In this document: positions 60,359 through 64,000 of the stretch, one piece after another
How the letters are laid out: each line of letters begins with the position of its first letter
Position numbering within the stretch: the stretch's first letter is position 1
IMG/VR virus record: IMGVR_UViG_3300021963_006915
Coordinates: 1 to 64,000 of that record
Length of the DNA: 64,000 nucleotides
Source: a virus
Lineage: Duplodnaviria > Caudoviricetes
Direction: 5' to 3' (one strand)
Translations under genes and position numbers: made by a program
The notes under the pieces: model-generated
The model's database searches: none
The model's input: only the letters and a program-made list of their open reading frames with translations
What the model was told of the DNA's origin: nothing

Positions 60359-61451
60359 TTATATAATAGTAGGATCGGGTTTATTTGGATCAACGTTTGC
60401 AAATCTTGCCAAACTATCTGGTAAATCGTGTCTTATTTTGGAAAAACGAAATCATGTTGGTGGAAATGTGTATACAGAAAATATAGAAGGTATTAATGTA
60501 CATATGTATGGCCCGCATATATTTCATACGTCCAACAAACATATATGGGATTATGTCAATCAATTTGCAGAATTTAATAAATTTCATAACAGACCCAAAG
60601 TAAGATACAAGAATAATATCTACTCTTTTCCTATTAACCTGTTTACATTATACCAAATGTGGGGTGTATCAACTCCAAGTCAAGCCGGAGAAAAATTATC
60701 TAGTGTAAGAGTCCCAATTAAAAACCCATCTAATTTAGAAGAATGGATACTGAGTGAAGTTGGTGAAGAAATTTACAAAACGTTTATTTATGGATATACT
60801 AAAAAACAATGGGGTAAAGAACCGAAAGAATTACCATCGTCGATTATAAAACGTCTTCCGATAAGATTAAGTTTCAACGACAACTATTATAAGGATGAAG
60901 ATATCTATCAAGGAGTTCCTATAGGTGGATATACACAGATGATTGAGAAAATGATATCAGATATACCTATAGAATTGGGTGTTGATTTTAATAATGATCT
61001 TGATTATTGGGTATCAAAAGCACACAAAGTTGTGTATACAGGCGCTTTGGATGAATTATTTAATTATTCAATTGGTGCGTTAAATTATAGAAGTCTTAGA
61101 TTTGAACATGAAAAGTTTGGCGTTGAAGACTATCAGGGAGTTGCTATAATAAATCACACGGACGAATCTATACCATATACTAGAGTTATAGAGCATAAAC
61201 ACTTTGAATCAATTAAATCATCTAATACGATCATAACCAAAGAATTTCCAGACTCTTGGAAATTGGGAAAGGAAAAGTATTATCCTATAAACGATATTCT
61301 TAATGATACATTGTATAAAGATTATGTTGGTATTTTAGAAAAAGAATATCCACAATTCGTTTTGGGCGGTAGATTAGCTTGCTATAGATATTTTGATATG
61401 CACCAATCAATTGGACAAGCTATGCATAAGTTTGAAGAACAATTTCGTTAA
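60351..61451 (+). CDS. glf: UDP-galactopyranose mutase
   Basis: 'IVGSGLFG', 'GGN', 'YGPHIFHT', 'YTKKQWG', 'RVIEHKHF', 'YYP', 'GRLACYRYFDM'. Confidence 0.93.
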   Translation: MYDYIIVGSGLFGSTFANLAKLSGKSCLILEKRNHVGGNVYTENIEGINVHMYGPHIFHTSNKHIWDYVNQFAEFNKFHNRPKVRYKNNIYSFPINLFTLYQMWGVSTPSQAGEKLSSVRVPIKNPSNLEEWILSEVGEEIYKTFIYGYTKKQWGKEPKELPSSIIKRLPIRLSFNDNYYKDEDIYQGVPIGGYTQMIEKMISDIPIELGVDFNNDLDYWVSKAHKVVYTGALDELFNYSIGALNYRSLRFEHEKFGVEDYQGVAIINHTDESIPYTRVIEHKHFESIKSSNTIITKEFPDSWKLGKEKYYPINDILNDTLYKDYVGILEKEYPQFVLGGRLACYRYFDMHQSIGQAMHKFEEQFR

Positions 61452-62079
61452 CTATGTTTATTAAGTTATATTTGTCTTGCTTGGTTACAGCACAATTTGC
61501 ATGATATAACAATATATCTTTATTTATATTATTGTGACCAACCGATGTAGATAAAAATGTTGGTGGTAGTAAGTCCCAACTGAGATCATAGTTATTGGTT
61601 TTATATAAAATTTCATTGATGATTTTTTGTTCCCAGATTCTTGTTTCTTGAACTTTTTGCAAAACGTCGCAGAAGAATTTGTATGTTTTTTCGTTGGGTC
61701 TGATTATGTTGAATCCAAAATTTATATTTCCTCCCTGTGGTTCGTGTATACCATCAAACAACTCTCTTAAGAATAAAACATCTTTTTCACGTATCAATTC
61801 ATTTAATGTGGGCAATATTGGTTTATAAAAAACGATATCTATGTCTGAAAAAATAAATGGTTGATTGTATGGACTACTTTGAATTGCCTTTATTATGTTA
61901 CTCACACGGGATGTCCATATATTAATACCACCTCCGAACTTAAAGTGTTCAGGCAAAGATTCTGAAAATTCTGGGGAGTCTATTTTTATATCGGCAATTA
62001 TAAATTTATCCTTTATACTTTCTACAAACATATCTTTCATGTCTGAAAATTTATCATCGTACATGTAATATAACTTCAT
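61420..62079 (-). CDS. Nucleotide-diphospho-sugar transferase (GT77-like)
   Basis: 'FSDIDI', 'NFGF', 'EQ', 'YHANC'. Confidence 0.7.
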   Translation of the reverse strand: MKLYYMYDDKFSDMKDMFVESIKDKFIIADIKIDSPEFSESLPEHFKFGGGINIWTSRVSNIIKAIQSSPYNQPFIFSDIDIVFYKPILPTLNELIREKDVLFLRELFDGIHEPQGGNINFGFNIIRPNEKTYKFFCDVLQKVQETRIWEQKIINEILYKTNNYDLSWDLLPPTFLSTSVGHNNINKDILLYHANCAVTKQDKYNLINIVNEIVLQTYA

Positions 62080-62984
62080 ATATTTTTAAAAAAATTAATT
62101 AATTTGGTTTCACTATCATTTATAATATGTTGATACAATAATCTTCTTTCTTTATTTTTATTTTTTGGTTTAAAATTGATTAGTGTATATTCAAATATAG
62201 ATTGGTCTACATAATAACTATTTCTAAGAGTAAATGTATTGTTAGTATTGTCGGTATCAAATAGATATTCTGAATTTGTTGTTTTTATAGATGGAATAAA
62301 GTGTACTAAATCAGGATCTAATTGTTCTTTGAATACTGGTATATCACTACATATTATTTCGTTTCCTGTAGATAGTGCTTCAAATAAATAATGACCCCAA
62401 CTTTCATACAAACTACAACATATGTGTATATTGTGAGAGTTAAGCAAATTTGATATTGACTCATTTGTTTGATATGAATTTATGTGAGTAAAATTTGAAG
62501 ATGGTTTGTATCGGTTATATGGATCAATAATCGTTATTGGAATGGTTTGTTTAAGAACCAATTCTGTATTTTTCTGAATAGACCTACCCATGAAATGTAA
62601 AAACTTTTTTGCTCGATCTATTGATGAATCATATACGTCTTTTGACACAAATGGAATATAAGTTACATTATTGTAAGACCTCAGTAAATTTTTAGCATAT
62701 TGTGATTTACAAATAACTTGATCAAACAACTTAAGATTCTCTAAATCCCATGTTCCAACCCACTCCTCATTTATAAAAAATATGTTCTTTTTATGATGAT
62801 GTAGTAAGTTTATGTCGTAGTTTTGAATCCAAATACCTACGTCAGCATTCAAATCAGATTTGATATTATCCAAGAATATAATCTGTACATCGTTATGTAC
62901 ATATCTTTTTATTAAATTCTTCAACAGAATAGCATCTGTTACTATTCCAACGCCGTTATTATATACATAAATATTATAATACAT
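62076..62984 (-). CDS. GT4-like glycosyltransferase
   Basis: 'NGVGI..D', 'QKNT', 'ESWGHYLFEA', 'SDIP'. Confidence 0.75.
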   Translation of the reverse strand: MYYNIYVYNNGVGIVTDAILLKNLIKRYVHNDVQIIFLDNIKSDLNADVGIWIQNYDINLLHHHKKNIFFINEEWVGTWDLENLKLFDQVICKSQYAKNLLRSYNNVTYIPFVSKDVYDSSIDRAKKFLHFMGRSIQKNTELVLKQTIPITIIDPYNRYKPSSNFTHINSYQTNESISNLLNSHNIHICCSLYESWGHYLFEALSTGNEIICSDIPVFKEQLDPDLVHFIPSIKTTNSEYLFDTDNTNNTFTLRNSYYVDQSIFEYTLINFKPKNKNKERRLLYQHIINDSETKLINFFKNI

Positions 62985-63008
62985 AAGACTATTATATATG
63001 TATAATAT

Positions 63009-63662
63009 ATGCACGTTTTAAACAGATTATTTCCCAAAGTTTTTTTAGTAACAACTGATCCACCAAATTCAAGATATGAATATTTTGTTGAATATTATAA
63101 TTCTATTGGATTGAATTATGATTTAAGAATCGCAACCAATTATAGTTATTTTAAAAAAATATACGATGGGTCTTTTGAAATAAATGAACAAGAACAAAGT
63201 TTGGAATCTGCGTATACATCTATATTTTATGAATCGTATTATAAAAAATTTGATAGTATTGTTATATTAGAGGATGATAATCGATTTGTAGAAAACTTTG
63301 AAGAACTATTTCTACAATTTTATAAAAACCTTCCAAACGATTGGGATTTTTTAAATCTGAGTAGTTATCAACTTGGATATCATAAAAACAAAGAGAACTA
63401 TATAGTTACATCTGTTAATGAATACGTGAATAAAATAAAAATTAAACATTCAAGCAATTGTACTATTTTTAGACATCCGAATACATATAAAATGATAGCC
63501 GATAAAATCGTTGGGTGTAAATACCCAGTCGATTTAGTGATGACGGATTTTTCATACAATGATTTATTAAATTCTTATTCTCCTAATATAGATATAACAA
63601 ATCAGTTATCTACCAGAATATCAGATGTACCAATTGATAGATTTAAAAGTTTAATTAGATGA
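63009..63662 (+). CDS. GT25-like glycosyltransferase
   Basis: 'ILEDD', 'LPNDWD.LNL', 'YPVD'; similar to 57873-58523. Confidence 0.7.
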   Translation: MHVLNRLFPKVFLVTTDPPNSRYEYFVEYYNSIGLNYDLRIATNYSYFKKIYDGSFEINEQEQSLESAYTSIFYESYYKKFDSIVILEDDNRFVENFEELFLQFYKNLPNDWDFLNLSSYQLGYHKNKENYIVTSVNEYVNKIKIKHSSNCTIFRHPNTYKMIADKIVGCKYPVDLVMTDFSYNDLLNSYSPNIDITNQLSTRISDVPIDRFKSLIR

Positions 63663-64000
63663 TACCTAAAATATTACATTTTATATGGTTGGGTAAAAAA
63701 CAAATACCAATTCATTTTAATAAGTTCCTTGATGAGTGGAAATCGAATTATAGTGACTATGAAGTTATTGTTTGGAACGATGATATGGTTGAACAAAAAA
63801 ACCTTATACCAGACAATTTAAAAAAATATTATTTTTCTGATTTACCCGAAGCATTTAGAGCAGATATAGCTAGATATATAATTCTAAACAACTATGGTGG
63901 TTTTTATTTTGATGTTGACTTTCAATTTTTAAAAAAAATACCAGATCATTTTTTGAACTTTAAATTTCTGGGAGGTATACAAAACAATGGAGAAGTGGCT
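63659..64000 (+). CDS. GT32-like DxD glycosyltransferase (3' truncated by window)
   Basis: Own translation: 'MIPKILHFIWLG...RADIARY..L..YGGFYFDVD'. Confidence 0.85.
   Translation, partial: MIPKILHFIWLGKKQIPIHFNKFLDEWKSNYSDYEVIVWNDDMVEQKNLIPDNLKKYYFSDLPEAFRADIARYIILNNYGGFYFDVDFQFLKKIPDHFLNFKFLGGIQNNGEVA

Noticed and set aside
1-64000. tRNA or rRNA genes
   Set aside because: Intergenic gaps are short and AT-rich, and no cloverleaf with a TTCGA T-arm was seen. tRNAscan-SE would confirm.

Overview
This AT-rich window comes from a large lytic dsDNA phage with T4-like replication genes; it is not a cellular chromosome. In order it contains: the end of a probable baseplate-hub gene; a thumb-less family A DNA polymerase; a replication/recombination block (gp32-like SSB, RecA/UvsX, 5'-3' exonuclease, gp41-like helicase, class Ia NrdAB); a MoxR-type AAA+/vWA pair; a DruA(DUF4338)-like gene; UvsE; two free-standing homing endonucleases; dNMP kinase, dUTPase, a RecB/Cas4-like exonuclease, family B DNA polymerase, sliding clamp and clamp loader. 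About half of the window (about 25.7-44.6 kb and 52-64 kb) is a soluble glycosylation island with about 20 glycosyltransferase-like genes, about 10 SAM methyltransferases and several sugar-nucleotide enzymes. Most notable: (1) the 5'-3' exonuclease is fractured inside its first catalytic motif by a 5-nt TAGTG stop/start insert, next to a Vsr/EDxHD-type homing endonuclease whose start codon is buried in a hairpin; (2) the glyco-island is headed by a ribbon-helix-helix gene with a perfect 20-bp palindrome and includes a second split gene; (3) two promoter classes appear to drive largely leaderless transcripts. No tRNA, rRNA, CRISPR array, intron or intein was recognised. All product calls come from motif recognition by eye, not database searches.
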